NCBI GenBank assembly: GCA_965221125.1
Contig: CBDCRW010000007.1
Span: forward strand, 64,001 to 128,000
Direction of reading: 5' to 3'
Length of the DNA stretch: 64,000 nucleotides
From: Alphaproteobacteria bacterium
GTDB taxonomy: Bacteria > Pseudomonadota > Alphaproteobacteria > UBA828
The position numbers were made by a program, and so were the translations under genes. The notes under the pieces are model-generated. The model ran no database searches. It was not told the origin of the DNA and saw only the letters and a program-made list of their open reading frames with translations. Every line of letters begins with the position of its first letter. Position 1 is the first letter of the stretch. Positions 28,003-37,697 of this stretch are shown piece by piece.

Positions 28003-28326
28003 ATGGAACCTTCGGAGGGACCGGGGTGTTCTTCGGCCCGAGGGTCCCCTGTGCCAGGGAGTTCCCCTGTGGCGTGGCGGGATTCGATGCGCCCGGTGAG
28101 GGCGTGGGTGTTCGACGCGCGCCTGCTGATCCTGGCGCTGCCGTGGCTGTTCCTGCCGACCTGGTGGACGACGGCAATAGTCGTTGCCGCGATGCTGGCC
28201 TGCCGCGCGGCGGAGGCGCGGGGCTACCGGCTGGCTGCGGCCGTGCGCGCGCTCAGGGCGCTGAGCGCCGGTCGCCGCCGGGCGCTCCATGCCGCCCGCC
28301 TGCGCCGCTTCACGGACTTCGCGTAA
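28003..28326 (+). CDS. icmT: IcmT/TraK-family membrane protein
   Basis: WRDSMRPVRAWVFDAR followed by TM helices. Confidence 0.75.
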   Translation: MEPSEGPGCSSARGSPVPGSSPVAWRDSMRPVRAWVFDARLLILALPWLFLPTWWTTAIVVAAMLACRAAEARGYRLAAAVRALRALSAGRRRALHAARLRRFTDFA

Positions 28327-28838
28327 TGGGCGCATTGCTGGCGATCGCGCTGCTGGCGCTCCCGGCGGCGTCGGCCGGGGCCGGGTTCCGCTACGTGCCC
28401 CCGGCGGAAACCGGCGCCGTGCCGGCGGAGGCAATCGCGAAGTCGCCGCGCGCTGGGGATATCGGGCCTCCGCCCGGTCCCGGCCCGGCTGACCTGGACC
28501 CGAGGGTCACTGGCACGAGTGTCTCCGGCGCGAGCGTCTTGGACCCAAGGGTCTCTGGCGCGAGCGTCTGGCGGGTGCGTGAGGGCGAGATGCTGCGCGC
28601 CGTGCTGGCGCGCTGGGCAGAGCGGGCCGGCACGGACGTCTTGTTCCTGACGGACCGCGGCTACCGGCTGGACGGCGACGCGGCTTTCGAGGGCGGGCTC
28701 GCGGATGCGGTGCAGGCGCTGTTCCGAAGCCTGTCGCATCTCCCGCGCGCCCCGGTGGCCGCACGATCCGAGGGCGGCACGACGCTCGTCGTGAGGCACC
28801 GGATGCCCGCATCGCCGATAGGCGGAGGCAAACCATGA
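28326..28838 (+). CDS. TcpQ-domain protein
   Basis: Signal peptide; W.V..GEMLRAVLARWAERAG...Y.LDG.AAFEG. Confidence 0.65.
   Translation: MGALLAIALLALPAASAGAGFRYVPPAETGAVPAEAIAKSPRAGDIGPPPGPGPADLDPRVTGTSVSGASVLDPRVSGASVWRVREGEMLRAVLARWAERAGTDVLFLTDRGYRLDGDAAFEGGLADAVQALFRSLSHLPRAPVAARSEGGTTLVVRHRMPASPIGGGKP
28497..28571 (+). repeat. Five tandem 15-bp mini-hairpin units, in frame (DPRVT GTSVS GASVL DPRVS GASVW)
   Basis: gacccgagggtcact ggcacgagtgtctcc ggcgcgagcgtcttg gacccaagggtctct ggcgcgagcgtctgg. Confidence 0.9.
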
Positions 28839-29848
28839 AGGTGGCAACGAACGGCGCGCGCCGCGCGGCGACGCGACTGCGGCTGCTTGCGGCAGCGTTG
28901 GCGGTCGGGGCCGCGATTGCGGCGGCATCAAGTGGAGCCGGGGCTGGGAGCGGGGCGGACCTGCAGTCCCAGGGTCTCCGGCCCGAGGGTCTCCGGGCCG
29001 AGGCTCTGGTGTCGGCGTTGCGCGCCAACGGGGCGGAGATCGTCCCCCTGGGCGCGCGCGGCGGGATGAACGGCTACTTCGTCACGCCGGCGAAGAGTAC
29101 GGGCTACAGCCTGTACGTCACGGAAGACGGCCATGCGGTCGCAGGTCTGCTCTACGGGCCGGACGGAATGGAGATCACCGGCGCTCAGCTCGCCGCGGTG
29201 CGGGCGGGGGACGCCGGTGCGGGCTCGGGCGGCGCCGCCGCGCATAATGAATCGGCGACCCCGGCGGCAGTTGTCGTCGCCCATGCCGAACATGGGAGCT
29301 TCGTCCGTCCGGTCTCTTCGCCTTCCCTCGCGGAACTGTTCGAGCGCAGCACCGCCGCCTTCGGGTTCACCCTCGGCAAGCGCGGCCCCTTGGTGGTGCT
29401 GCTCGGAGACCCGACCTGTTCGTTCTCGCGCTCGGCCGCCGCCAGGCTGGGGCGTGCGGCACTCGACGGACACCTTCAACTGCGGGTAGTGCCGGTGGCG
29501 GTCCTCGGCGCGGACGCCGCACGCCGGGCTGTCGCGATCGCCGCGCACCCCGAGCCGGCTCGGGCCTGGTTCGAGGGCGGCGGAGCGGCCGACGCCACCG
29601 GTGCAGAACGCATTGCCCGCAACAACGCCATCTTCGATGCGTGGGGTGCCACGGCCGTGCCGCTTATCGCCTGGCGAACGCTGGGCGGCGCGGTCGGGCA
29701 CCGGATCGGCGACATCGACGACGTGGACGTCTGGCTCCGGGAGACCCTCGGGCCGAGGACTCTCGGGCCGGAGACACTCGTGCCGGACACCCTCAGGGCG
29801 GGAGAGCCTCGGCCCCGAGACCCTCGGGCCGGTGACGGTCATGAGTAG
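28835..29848 (+). CDS. DsbC/DsbG-like thioredoxin-fold protein (TrbB-like)
   Basis: N-terminal GMNGYFV...LYVTEDGHAVAG; active site DPTCSFS; ATAVP cis-Pro loop. Confidence 0.65.
   Translation: MKVATNGARRAATRLRLLAAALAVGAAIAAASSGAGAGSGADLQSQGLRPEGLRAEALVSALRANGAEIVPLGARGGMNGYFVTPAKSTGYSLYVTEDGHAVAGLLYGPDGMEITGAQLAAVRAGDAGAGSGGAAAHNESATPAAVVVAHAEHGSFVRPVSSPSLAELFERSTAAFGFTLGKRGPLVVLLGDPTCSFSRSAAARLGRAALDGHLQLRVVPVAVLGADAARRAVAIAAHPEPARAWFEGGGAADATGAERIARNNAIFDAWGATAVPLIAWRTLGGAVGHRIGDIDDVDVWLRETLGPRTLGPETLVPDTLRAGEPRPRDPRAGDGHE
28965..29009 (+). repeat. Three tandem 15-bp mini-hairpin units
   Basis: agtcccagggtctcc ggcccgagggtctcc gggccgaggctctgg. Confidence 0.85.
29740..29830 (-). repeat. Six tandem 15-bp mini-hairpin units in reverse orientation (one extra base at 29800)
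   Basis: ggagaccctcgggcc gaggactctcgggcc ggagacactcgtgcc ggacaccctcagggc g ggagagcctcggccc cgagaccctcgggcc. Confidence 0.9.
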
Positions 29849-30482
29849 CCGCCTGCAGGCCGTGCGCGCGGCGACCCAAAGGTTTGCGTTCCACCGCGAC
29901 CAGCACCACGGCTGGCGCATGGCGGCGGCTTGGCTGCTGGTCTGCAACGTGCTCACCGCCTGCGCATTCGCAGGCTACGTCTGGATGCACTCCACCGTCT
30001 ACATCGCTGTCGCCGCGACGCCCGACGGACGGCTTGTGCGCCTCACGCCGCTCGACGAGCCGATCATGTCCGACGCGGCGCTCAGGAACTGGACCGTCTC
30101 GGCCGTGACCGAGGCCTTCACCCTGGGTCACCACGACTGGCGGCTCCGGCTCGCCGGCATCCGTGAGTACTTTTCCGACGACGGCTACGAGTCCTTCCTG
30201 AAAGGTCTCGAGGAAAGCCTGTTTCTCGACCGCCTCCGCGACAACCTCCAGGTGGCCTCGGCGGTGGCGCAGGGCGCGCCGGTGATCGTGGACACGCGCT
30301 TCTATGGCGCGCGCGTCGGCTGGGCCGTCGAGTTTCCCATCCTGGTCACCTTCTCTGCCGGCACGCGGCGGGTGAGCCAGGAGCTGGTGGCCCAGGTGCT
30401 GGTGATGCGGGTGCCGCTCGACGAGCGCCCCGCCGGCATCGCCATCGAGCAGCTCATCGCCGGAAAGGGGGGCGCGTCATGA
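29841..30482 (+). CDS. icmL: DotI/IcmL/TraM-family protein
   Basis: TM helix then ATPDGRLVRLTPLDEP..SDAALRNW...F.DDGYESF. Confidence 0.85.
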   Translation: MSSRLQAVRAATQRFAFHRDQHHGWRMAAAWLLVCNVLTACAFAGYVWMHSTVYIAVAATPDGRLVRLTPLDEPIMSDAALRNWTVSAVTEAFTLGHHDWRLRLAGIREYFSDDGYESFLKGLEESLFLDRLRDNLQVASAVAQGAPVIVDTRFYGARVGWAVEFPILVTFSAGTRRVSQELVAQVLVMRVPLDERPAGIAIEQLIAGKGGAS

Positions 30483-31501
30483 GGATGACGGGAGTGCTGT
30501 CGGTTGCGTTGGCGGTGGTCGCGTCGAGCGCCGCGGGATTGTCGGTCGCGGCACAGGACGGCCCGAAGGCCGGCGGCGCACCGGCCGCCCCACTGGAGCG
30601 AGCGACGGACGTGTGGTCCGCCTATGCGCTCACCGAGGACGAGGCGGCGCGGCAGGGCCGGGCGGCACTCCCCTTCACGCCGGAGCAAATCGAGGCGCTG
30701 GGTCGCATCCTGCGCGAGACCCAGGCAGCCACCGCACGCGGCCACGGCGAGCCGCCCCAGGGGCGGGTGCGGCGCATCCGCCTCGATAACGGCGCGATCG
30801 CCGGCACGAGTGTCTCCGGCACAAGTGTCTCCGGCACGAGTGTCCCGGAGATCGCGCTCCGGCGCGGCTACGTCACCGCGGTGTCCTTCACGGACTCGAC
30901 CGGGGCGCCCTGGCCCATCGAGGAGGCGCTGGTGGACCGCCGCTTCCTGCCCCCTGGGGCGGACAGCGACGTCGAGGACGAAGGGTCCCAAAGCAGCCAT
31001 CTGCTCTATCTCGCACCGCAGGCCGCGTATCTCGCCGGCAACGCGGTGGTGAAGCTCCGGGGCCTCGCAGAGCCCGTGGTCGCCAGCCTGCGCGGCACCG
31101 GCGCCGACGCCGACTTCCGGGTCGAGATCCGACTGGGTGTTCCCGGACCGAATACCGATCCGGGCGCGCTGGCGCAGCCTGCCGGGTTCCATGCCGGCGA
31201 TGCGGTGCTGCTCGCGCTGCTCGGCGGCACGGTGCCGCCGGACGCTGAGCGCCTCGCCGTCGAAGGCGGCGCGAGCGGCGACCGGGCGTGGCGCAGGGGC
31301 GGTGAGGTGCTGCTGCTGACCCGCACCCACCTGCTCTCGCCCGGCCCCCTCGCGGCCGAGCGAGGACCGGGCGGGCGCTGGGCCTACCGCCTCGCAGCCA
31401 CCCCCCTAGTGCTGGTGAGCGACGGAGGCATGGAGAAGCGGCTCGCTTTCGCAGATGGCGGAACGGCTGTGCGGTGGCGGGAGGCAGGCGATGAGAACTG
31501 A
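30479..31501 (+). CDS. icmK: DotH/IcmK/TraN-family protein
   Basis: LPFTPEQI, GYVTAVSFTDSTGAPWPI, GNAVVKLRGL, GPN. Confidence 0.85.
   Translation: MRMTGVLSVALAVVASSAAGLSVAAQDGPKAGGAPAAPLERATDVWSAYALTEDEAARQGRAALPFTPEQIEALGRILRETQAATARGHGEPPQGRVRRIRLDNGAIAGTSVSGTSVSGTSVPEIALRRGYVTAVSFTDSTGAPWPIEEALVDRRFLPPGADSDVEDEGSQSSHLLYLAPQAAYLAGNAVVKLRGLAEPVVASLRGTGADADFRVEIRLGVPGPNTDPGALAQPAGFHAGDAVLLALLGGTVPPDAERLAVEGGASGDRAWRRGGEVLLLTRTHLLSPGPLAAERGPGGRWAYRLAATPLVLVSDGGMEKRLAFADGGTAVRWREAGDEN
30803..30847 (+). repeat. Three tandem 15-bp mini-hairpin units (GTSVS GTSVS GTSVP)
   Basis: ggcacgagtgtctcc ggcacaagtgtctcc ggcacgagtgtcccg. Confidence 0.9.
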
Positions 31502-32621
31502 AGCAAATTACACGGCGTGGCCGCTCCGCGCGCTGCCCGCCATATATATAAGTGTCGCGGTTGCGGTCCTCTCGGCGGGGGGCTTCCCGTGTGCGGCCCT
31601 GGCTCAAGTCCCGGATAACCGGGACCTCAAGCTCGATCCCGAGGACAGCGTGCCGCCGTTCTACCGGGAGACGCTGGACGAGCGCGACCGCCAGCGCCTC
31701 GACGCGGCGCGCGAGGCAGGCGAGACCTACCTGCCCACGTTCCAGGGTGCGTCGACGGCGGGCGACGGGGAGACGGTGCAGGCCGCCGAGGCGCCGACCA
31801 GGCCGCAGCTCGCATACGAGGGTTACCGCCGTCCGGCAACCGCCGCGCCTCGCGCCTCCGGCCGTGAAGGGCAGGCCGCAGGCGATCCCCGGTCCGATGG
31901 TCGCGGACCCGAGGGTCTGGTCGGCGTGCTGATCGAGGCCTGGACGCGGCAGCCCGAGATCGCGCGCCTGCGCTATCCGGCAGCGGCCCGCGATTCCGGC
32001 TCGGCTTCACGAGGAGGCATTTCCGGAGAACCCTCGGGCCAGGACGCGCGGGCCATCACACCGCCCTTACCGCACGTCCCTGCCGGGACCGGGCTCTACG
32101 CCCGTGCCATGTACGCCGTCGACTCCGACTACCCCGGCCCGGTGCTGCTGGAGATCCTGGAGCCGCCGCTCGCGGGTGCCGTCGCTTCCGGCGCGTTCAC
32201 CCTCATCGGCGAGCGGTTGACGCTGCGGCTGAGCCGCCTGGAGTACCGGGGCCGGAGCTTCGGTGTCGACGCCTGGGCGGCCGGGCTCGACTGCGCCTGC
32301 TACGGCGTGGACGGCGAGGTCGACAGCCACTGGTTCGAACGCGTGCTGCTGCCGGCCTCCGTGCGCTTCGCCGAGGGCTTGCTGACCGCCCTGTCACGGC
32401 CGCGCGAGACCGTCATCGTCGGCGACGGGCTACGCTACGAGCGCCTGGAGGCCTCGACCCGGGAAGCGGTCCATGCGGGACTCGCCACGGCGGCGCGCAC
32501 CGCCGGCGACGTGCTGCTCGAGAACGCGCCCGACGGGCCCAGCGTGCGCATCCCCCGCGACACCGAGCTGGTCGTGGTGTTCGCCGCGCAGCCGGACCGG
32601 GGGGATCGGCCCGATGGCTGA
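31491..32621 (+). CDS. icmE: DotG/IcmE/TraO (VirB10/TrbI-like), short form
   Basis: AVDSDYPGPVL...GEVDSHWFERVLLPA..RFAEG. Confidence 0.78.
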   Translation: MRTEANYTAWPLRALPAIYISVAVAVLSAGGFPCAALAQVPDNRDLKLDPEDSVPPFYRETLDERDRQRLDAAREAGETYLPTFQGASTAGDGETVQAAEAPTRPQLAYEGYRRPATAAPRASGREGQAAGDPRSDGRGPEGLVGVLIEAWTRQPEIARLRYPAAARDSGSASRGGISGEPSGQDARAITPPLPHVPAGTGLYARAMYAVDSDYPGPVLLEILEPPLAGAVASGAFTLIGERLTLRLSRLEYRGRSFGVDAWAAGLDCACYGVDGEVDSHWFERVLLPASVRFAEGLLTALSRPRETVIVGDGLRYERLEASTREAVHAGLATAARTAGDVLLENAPDGPSVRIPRDTELVVVFAAQPDRGDRPDG

Positions 32622-33171
32622 ATCGAACGACCTCGGCCAGGCCATGATCTCGCTGGTGCGCGACCTCGAGCCCGCGATGCTGATCCTGGTCACGGTCGTC
32701 TGCTACCTGCTCGCGCTGATGGCGCTGGCCCAGGGGCTGCTGCGCCTGCTCAAGACCTCCGAGGACAAGTTCCACGCGCCGTCCGCCGGCGGCACGGCGC
32801 TCTGCTTCCTGATCTGCATCGTCCTCGCGGCCCTTCCCTCCTGGCTCGACGCCACGACCGAGAGCCTGTTCGGCACGGCGAGCCCGCCCGGCACCGCGAG
32901 CCTGGGCTACAGGGGATCACCCTGGTCCGGCGGCCGCGGCGCGGACTACGAGGCGCTGCTGGCCGCCGTCTTCGCCCTGGTCGCGCTGGTCGGGCTGTTC
33001 GCCTTCATCCGGGGCGCCTTCGTGCTCCGCGCCGCCGCCGACGCGCGTCCCGGCGCGAGCGGCGCCCGCGCCTTCGCCCACATGGTCGGCGGCATCGCTG
33101 CCTGGCACCTCGGCGCCGTCATCGACGCGCTTCAGACCAGCCTCGGCATCGAGGTGCTGAGCATCGGTTGA
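32614..33171 (+). CDS. IcmC/DotE/TraQ-like membrane protein
   Basis: Four TM helices; VGLFAFIRG...HMVGG; position in the cluster. Confidence 0.55.
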   Translation: MAESNDLGQAMISLVRDLEPAMLILVTVVCYLLALMALAQGLLRLLKTSEDKFHAPSAGGTALCFLICIVLAALPSWLDATTESLFGTASPPGTASLGYRGSPWSGGRGADYEALLAAVFALVALVGLFAFIRGAFVLRAAADARPGASGARAFAHMVGGIAAWHLGAVIDALQTSLGIEVLSIG

Positions 33172-33199
33172 TGCCGGGCATCCGTCGAAAGGACGTCAC

Positions 33200-33649
33200 A
33201 TGAACATCACAACCATCGCAGGAACGGTTCGGCGCATTCTGCTGGAGTTGAAGAGTCCGCACGCATGGCATCCACGCGCGGTGCCGGCGGGTCCCGCCAC
33301 TGCCGCTTTGGTGGGTGCGGCCTGGGTCTGCGGCACGAGTGTCTGGGCGTGCGGCCCGGCGCTGGCCGTCTCGCTCGGCGACATGGCCGACGAGGCGGCG
33401 GACGACCTGGAGACGGTGCCGGGGCTGATCGCAATCGCCTTCTACATCATCGGCGCCGCCATCGTCGGCTTCGGCCTGCTGAAGCTCAAGCGTCACGTCG
33501 ACCATCCCCAGCAGACCACCATCGGTAGCGGGCTGATCGCCATCCTGATCGGCGTCGCGCTGATCGCCGCGCCCGCCGTCATCAACGCCCTCGGCGCGAC
33601 CTTCGGGGTCGACGCCGGGAACCAGACAGTCCTCAAGCCGAGGCTGTAG
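33200..33649 (+). CDS. Pilin-like membrane protein (IcmD/TraR-like)
   Basis: YIIGAAIVGFGLLKLKRHVDHPQQ...ILIGVALIAAP. Confidence 0.55.
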   Translation: MNITTIAGTVRRILLELKSPHAWHPRAVPAGPATAALVGAAWVCGTSVWACGPALAVSLGDMADEAADDLETVPGLIAIAFYIIGAAIVGFGLLKLKRHVDHPQQTTIGSGLIAILIGVALIAAPAVINALGATFGVDAGNQTVLKPRL

Positions 33650-33669
33650 GACAGGCGGAGCCTCAAGCC

Positions 33670-36600
33670 ATGCCGCTCTCGCTCGCCGCAGCCGCCGACG
33701 ACCTCCAGCGCCTCAGCTGGACGCTGCGCCGCAAGCCGCTTGAGAGTTTCCTGGCGCCGCAGGCGGCCGTGCCGCTGGAGGGCGGCGGCGGCGTCCTGAT
33801 CTGCCACGACGGCTCCCTGGTCTCGCTGCTGGCGCTCGACGGGTCGCGCTCGATGATGGGCGCGGAAGAGCTCGACCGCTTCGTGGACCTCGCCGCGCTC
33901 CGGCTCAACACCGCCTTCGCCCATCCCGGCCATGCGCTCCACGTCGTCTTCGAGCGCGCCCCCGACGAGGCGCACACGCTTGCGGCCGGACACGGACAGG
34001 CTGTGGGCAGGCAAGCCGCCCGGCTCGGACTGGACCTCGATGACCTGCTGGCCGAGCGGGCACGGCGCCTGACCCCGCTCATCGCCGCCGAAACCCTCGT
34101 CATCGCCTGCTGGACGCGGCCCTCCGTGCTGCCGCGCGACCGCCTGGAGCGCGACCGCAAGGGGCTGCGCAGGAAGCTCCGGGACTGGCTGCCCGCCGCC
34201 GGCGAGGCGCAATGCCCCCACCTCGCGCTCGAAGGGCTGTGGGCGCGCCACGAGGCGCTGCTCGACGCGCTAGCGTCCGTGCTGACCGAGACCGGGATCG
34301 AAGGCCGCAGACTGCGCGAAGATCAGGCGCTACGGCTCATGCGGCGCATGGTGAACGGCACGGCGTCCACGGCGCCGGACTGGCGCCCGGTCACCGTGGC
34401 CAACGACGCGCCAGCGCGCCTGACCGAGCCTCCGGAGACCGGCGCCTTCCCGCCGCCGCTCAGCACCCAGCTCCTGGTCCGCGAGCCCGAGCGGAGCGGC
34501 GGCGGCGTCCGCATCGGCGCACGCCTCTACGGCGCTCTCGACATGAGCCTCGGACCCAGGCGCTCGCGCCCCTTCGCCGAGCTGATGGCGGGGCTCGCCG
34601 CCGCCGGTCTTCCCTGCCGCTTCTCGCTGCTGATCGAGGGCGGCGGCCTGCATCGCCTCGACGCCACCATGGCGCGCGTCGCCTCCTCCTTCCTAGCCTT
34701 CTCGTCCTCCGACAGCCTGCTCGCGCGGAACGCGCTGCGCGACCTCGCGGCGCTCGGCGGCGACGCGCATGCCATCGTGCGCCTCCGCCTCGGCCTCTTG
34801 ACCTGGGTCGGAGGGGAAGACGGCGAGGCGGCACTGGCCGCCCGTCTCGGACGCCTGCAGCAGGTGGCCGAGGGCTGGGGCGAGGCGGTGTTCACCCCGC
34901 TCACGGGCGACTCGCTGGAAAGCCTCGCCGCCTCCGTCCCCGGCTTCTGTTGCGGGGCAACCGCGCAACCCGCCCTCGCGCCGCTCTCCGAGGCCCTGCG
35001 GCTCTTTCCGGTCGGCCGCCCGGCGCCCCTCTCGCGTCTCTCGACCGAGGCGGGCGGCGCGCACCTGTTCCGCTCGCCCGACGGCAAGCCGCTGCCGCTG
35101 GCGGCCGACGAAGGCGGCGACTACGGCTTCGAGCTGATCTACGGCCTGCCCGGACAGGGCAAGTCGGTGCTGATGAACGCCCTCGGCCTCGCGTTCTGCC
35201 TGCAAAGCGGGCAGACACGCCTGCCGCTGGCCGCCGTGATCGACATCGGCCCCTCCTCTTCCGGGCTGGTCTCCCTGGTGCGGGAGGCGCTGCCGGCCGA
35301 GCGCCGGCACGAGGCCGGCTGGTTCCCGCTCCGGATGACCTCCGAACACGCCATCAACCCCTGCGACACCCAGCTCGGCTGCCGCGGCCCGCTCCCGGCC
35401 GAGCGCGCCTTCCTGACCAACCTGCTGGGCCTCATGGTGACGCCCGCCGGGGACGCGGGCGTGCCCGACGGCATGCGCGAGCTGCTCGGGCCGGCGCTCA
35501 CCGGCGCCTACGCCATGCGCTCGGACAAGGTGGCGGGCGCCGAACCCCACGACTACACGGAAGGCCGCGACGAAGACGTGGATGCCGCGATCGCGGAGGC
35601 CGGACTCCGCCTGCCCGAGTCTCCGCTCTGGTGGGACGTGGTCGACCTGCTGTTCGAAGCGGGCGAGATCGAGGCGGCGGCCAGGGCGCAGCGCTACGCG
35701 GTGCCCACCCTCGTGGATCTGCTGGCCTCGGTGCGTGAGCCCGCCGTGCAGGGGCTGGTGGGGGACGCGCGGTACGGCTCGGGCGGCGAGACCGTCACCC
35801 AGGCCTTCATCCGCATCCTCACGGCGCTCTCGGGCGACTGGCCGGTGATGTTCTCTCCCACCGCCTTCGATGTCGGCGGCGCGCGCCTCGCCGCCATCGA
35901 CCTCTCCGAGGTGGCGCCGCAGGGCTCGGCCGAGGCGGACCGCCAGTCGGCCGCCTTCTACCTGCTCGCGCGCCACGCGCTGACACGCCACTGGTGGATC
36001 GGCGAGGACGCACTGGCGTCCATTCCCGAACCCTACCGGGACTGGCACGCATCCCGGCTCCGCGACATTCGCGAATCGCCCAAGCGGCTCTGCTACGACG
36101 AGTTCCACCGCACCGCCGGCGCGCCCGCCGTCCGCGTTCAGGTGGAACGCGACGTGCGCGAGGCCAGGAAGCTGCGGGTGCGGCTCGCACTGGCCTCGCA
36201 GCGCCTGGAGGATTTCGGCGGCACGCTCGCCGAGCTCGCCAACCGCTACTGGATCCTGGGAAGCGGCGGCAAGGCGAAGGAAGCGCAAGCGCTCGCCGCC
36301 ACGTTCTCCCTCACGGACACGCTCTCGGACGCGATCCGCTACCGCCTCACCGGACCTGGCCGCGACGGGGCGCCGGCGCTGCTGATCGCGAGCGGCCAGG
36401 GCGGGCGCTTCGAGCAGCTGGTCGTCAACACGCCGGGGCCGATCGAGCTCTGGGCGCTCACCACCAGCCCGGCGGACGTCGCGCTCAGGCGGCGGCTCTA
36501 CGCGCTGCTGCCGCCGGACCGTGCAAGGGCGGCGCTCGCCAGGGCGTTCCCGGAGGGCACGGCGCGAAGCCGTATCGAGCGCGAGCTCGCTCGCATGGAT

Positions 36601-36714
36601 TCGCCGGAGGCCGGGCGCGCCGCGTCCGAGGAGGCGGTGCTCGACCGCCTCGCCGACGAGGTCGCGCGGGCCGCCGGCAACGAGCCATCCCAATCAGCCG
36701 ATAACGCAACCTGA
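33670..36714 (+). CDS. icmB: IcmB/DotO/TraU VirB4-like ATPase
   Basis: LFRSPDGK, GLPGQGKS, IDIGPSSSG, INPCDTQLGCR, CYDEFHR, GPIELWALTT. Confidence 0.9.
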   Translation: MPLSLAAAADDLQRLSWTLRRKPLESFLAPQAAVPLEGGGGVLICHDGSLVSLLALDGSRSMMGAEELDRFVDLAALRLNTAFAHPGHALHVVFERAPDEAHTLAAGHGQAVGRQAARLGLDLDDLLAERARRLTPLIAAETLVIACWTRPSVLPRDRLERDRKGLRRKLRDWLPAAGEAQCPHLALEGLWARHEALLDALASVLTETGIEGRRLREDQALRLMRRMVNGTASTAPDWRPVTVANDAPARLTEPPETGAFPPPLSTQLLVREPERSGGGVRIGARLYGALDMSLGPRRSRPFAELMAGLAAAGLPCRFSLLIEGGGLHRLDATMARVASSFLAFSSSDSLLARNALRDLAALGGDAHAIVRLRLGLLTWVGGEDGEAALAARLGRLQQVAEGWGEAVFTPLTGDSLESLAASVPGFCCGATAQPALAPLSEALRLFPVGRPAPLSRLSTEAGGAHLFRSPDGKPLPLAADEGGDYGFELIYGLPGQGKSVLMNALGLAFCLQSGQTRLPLAAVIDIGPSSSGLVSLVREALPAERRHEAGWFPLRMTSEHAINPCDTQLGCRGPLPAERAFLTNLLGLMVTPAGDAGVPDGMRELLGPALTGAYAMRSDKVAGAEPHDYTEGRDEDVDAAIAEAGLRLPESPLWWDVVDLLFEAGEIEAAARAQRYAVPTLVDLLASVREPAVQGLVGDARYGSGGETVTQAFIRILTALSGDWPVMFSPTAFDVGGARLAAIDLSEVAPQGSAEADRQSAAFYLLARHALTRHWWIGEDALASIPEPYRDWHASRLRDIRESPKRLCYDEFHRTAGAPAVRVQVERDVREARKLRVRLALASQRLEDFGGTLAELANRYWILGSGGKAKEAQALAATFSLTDTLSDAIRYRLTGPGRDGAPALLIASGQGGRFEQLVVNTPGPIELWALTTSPADVALRRRLYALLPPDRARAALARAFPEGTARSRIERELARMDSPEAGRAASEEAVLDRLADEVARAAGNEPSQSADNAT

Positions 36715-36727
36715 GAGGAGGAAGCAC

Positions 36728-37135
36728 ATGCTGCACGTCAACAGGGCGACGGTGCTGGGCTACGCGGGAGGCGACGCCAAGCGCCGCACCATGCAGAGCG
36801 GCGAGGACACGGTCTCGTTCAGCGTCGCCACCACGCGGCGCTGGAAGGGCGATGACGGGAACCCGCAGGAGGCCACGGAGTGGCACCGGGTCGCGGTCTT
36901 CGGCGGCTCGGTCGAGCCCGTGTCGGAGATGGTCCGCAAGGGCGTGCTGGTCTTGGTCGAGGGCCGGCTCAGAACCCGCGAATACCAGGACAGGGAGTGC
37001 AAGGACCGCACGGTCACCGAGATCGTGGTCGCCGGGCCGCAGAGCATGATCAACGTACTGTCGCCAAAGCCGGCGACGGACAGGCCGGCCGAAGCCGGGG
37101 ATTCCGGGGCGGAAGGCGGCGATGCGGCGGCGTAG
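36728..37135 (+). CDS. ssb: Single-stranded DNA-binding protein (no acidic DDIPF tail)
   Basis: VNRATVLG...FSVAT...TEWHRV..F...VEGRLRTR. Confidence 0.9.
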   Translation: MLHVNRATVLGYAGGDAKRRTMQSGEDTVSFSVATTRRWKGDDGNPQEATEWHRVAVFGGSVEPVSEMVRKGVLVLVEGRLRTREYQDRECKDRTVTEIVVAGPQSMINVLSPKPATDRPAEAGDSGAEGGDAAA

Positions 37136-37697
37136 CGCCTGGGCGTTCGCCGCGGCGCTGACGCTCGCGGTGTGGGCGGCGCCGGCCGGGGCGGAGGCGC
37201 AGCCTCCCGCTCCCGCCGCGTCCGGAGGTGTGCCGGGCGATGCGGTCGCGCCCGATCCCGCGGGCCACGCTGACGCGTGCGATCCGGCGGTGGCGGAGGC
37301 GCTGGCGAGGAGCGCGGAGGCCGGCGTCGAGGCCGACCTCTCGATCATCCGCCATCCCGACCAGGGCATACGCAACCCGGACTCGATCCTCGACTTCTCC
37401 TGCATCACCGACCTGTTCGACTACCGCTCCTTCGACATCCACTTCGATCCGGCGGGCGCGCTCGAGTACATCCTGGATCTCGCCCGCCGCCGCATCTGCG
37501 CCGCCGCCCGCGACGCCTACCGGCGCTATGTCGGCCGCGCCCTCGACCCTTCGGTCTACGTCTCGGAATACACCCGGCCTCTCGACCGCCTTCCCGGCCT
37601 CGATATCGACTGGCCGAGGCGCAACGTCTTCGATGACCTCGGGGCGGGCGACGCGGGCAGCGAGCTGTTCCGGGGCGTCGTCGGGGGCGGCCAATGA
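37122..37697 (+). CDS. Secreted hypothetical conjugation-associated protein
   Basis: Signal peptide, Cys residues, overlaps both neighbouring genes. Confidence 0.6.
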   Translation: MRRRSAWAFAAALTLAVWAAPAGAEAQPPAPAASGGVPGDAVAPDPAGHADACDPAVAEALARSAEAGVEADLSIIRHPDQGIRNPDSILDFSCITDLFDYRSFDIHFDPAGALEYILDLARRRICAAARDAYRRYVGRALDPSVYVSEYTRPLDRLPGLDIDWPRRNVFDDLGAGDAGSELFRGVVGGGQ

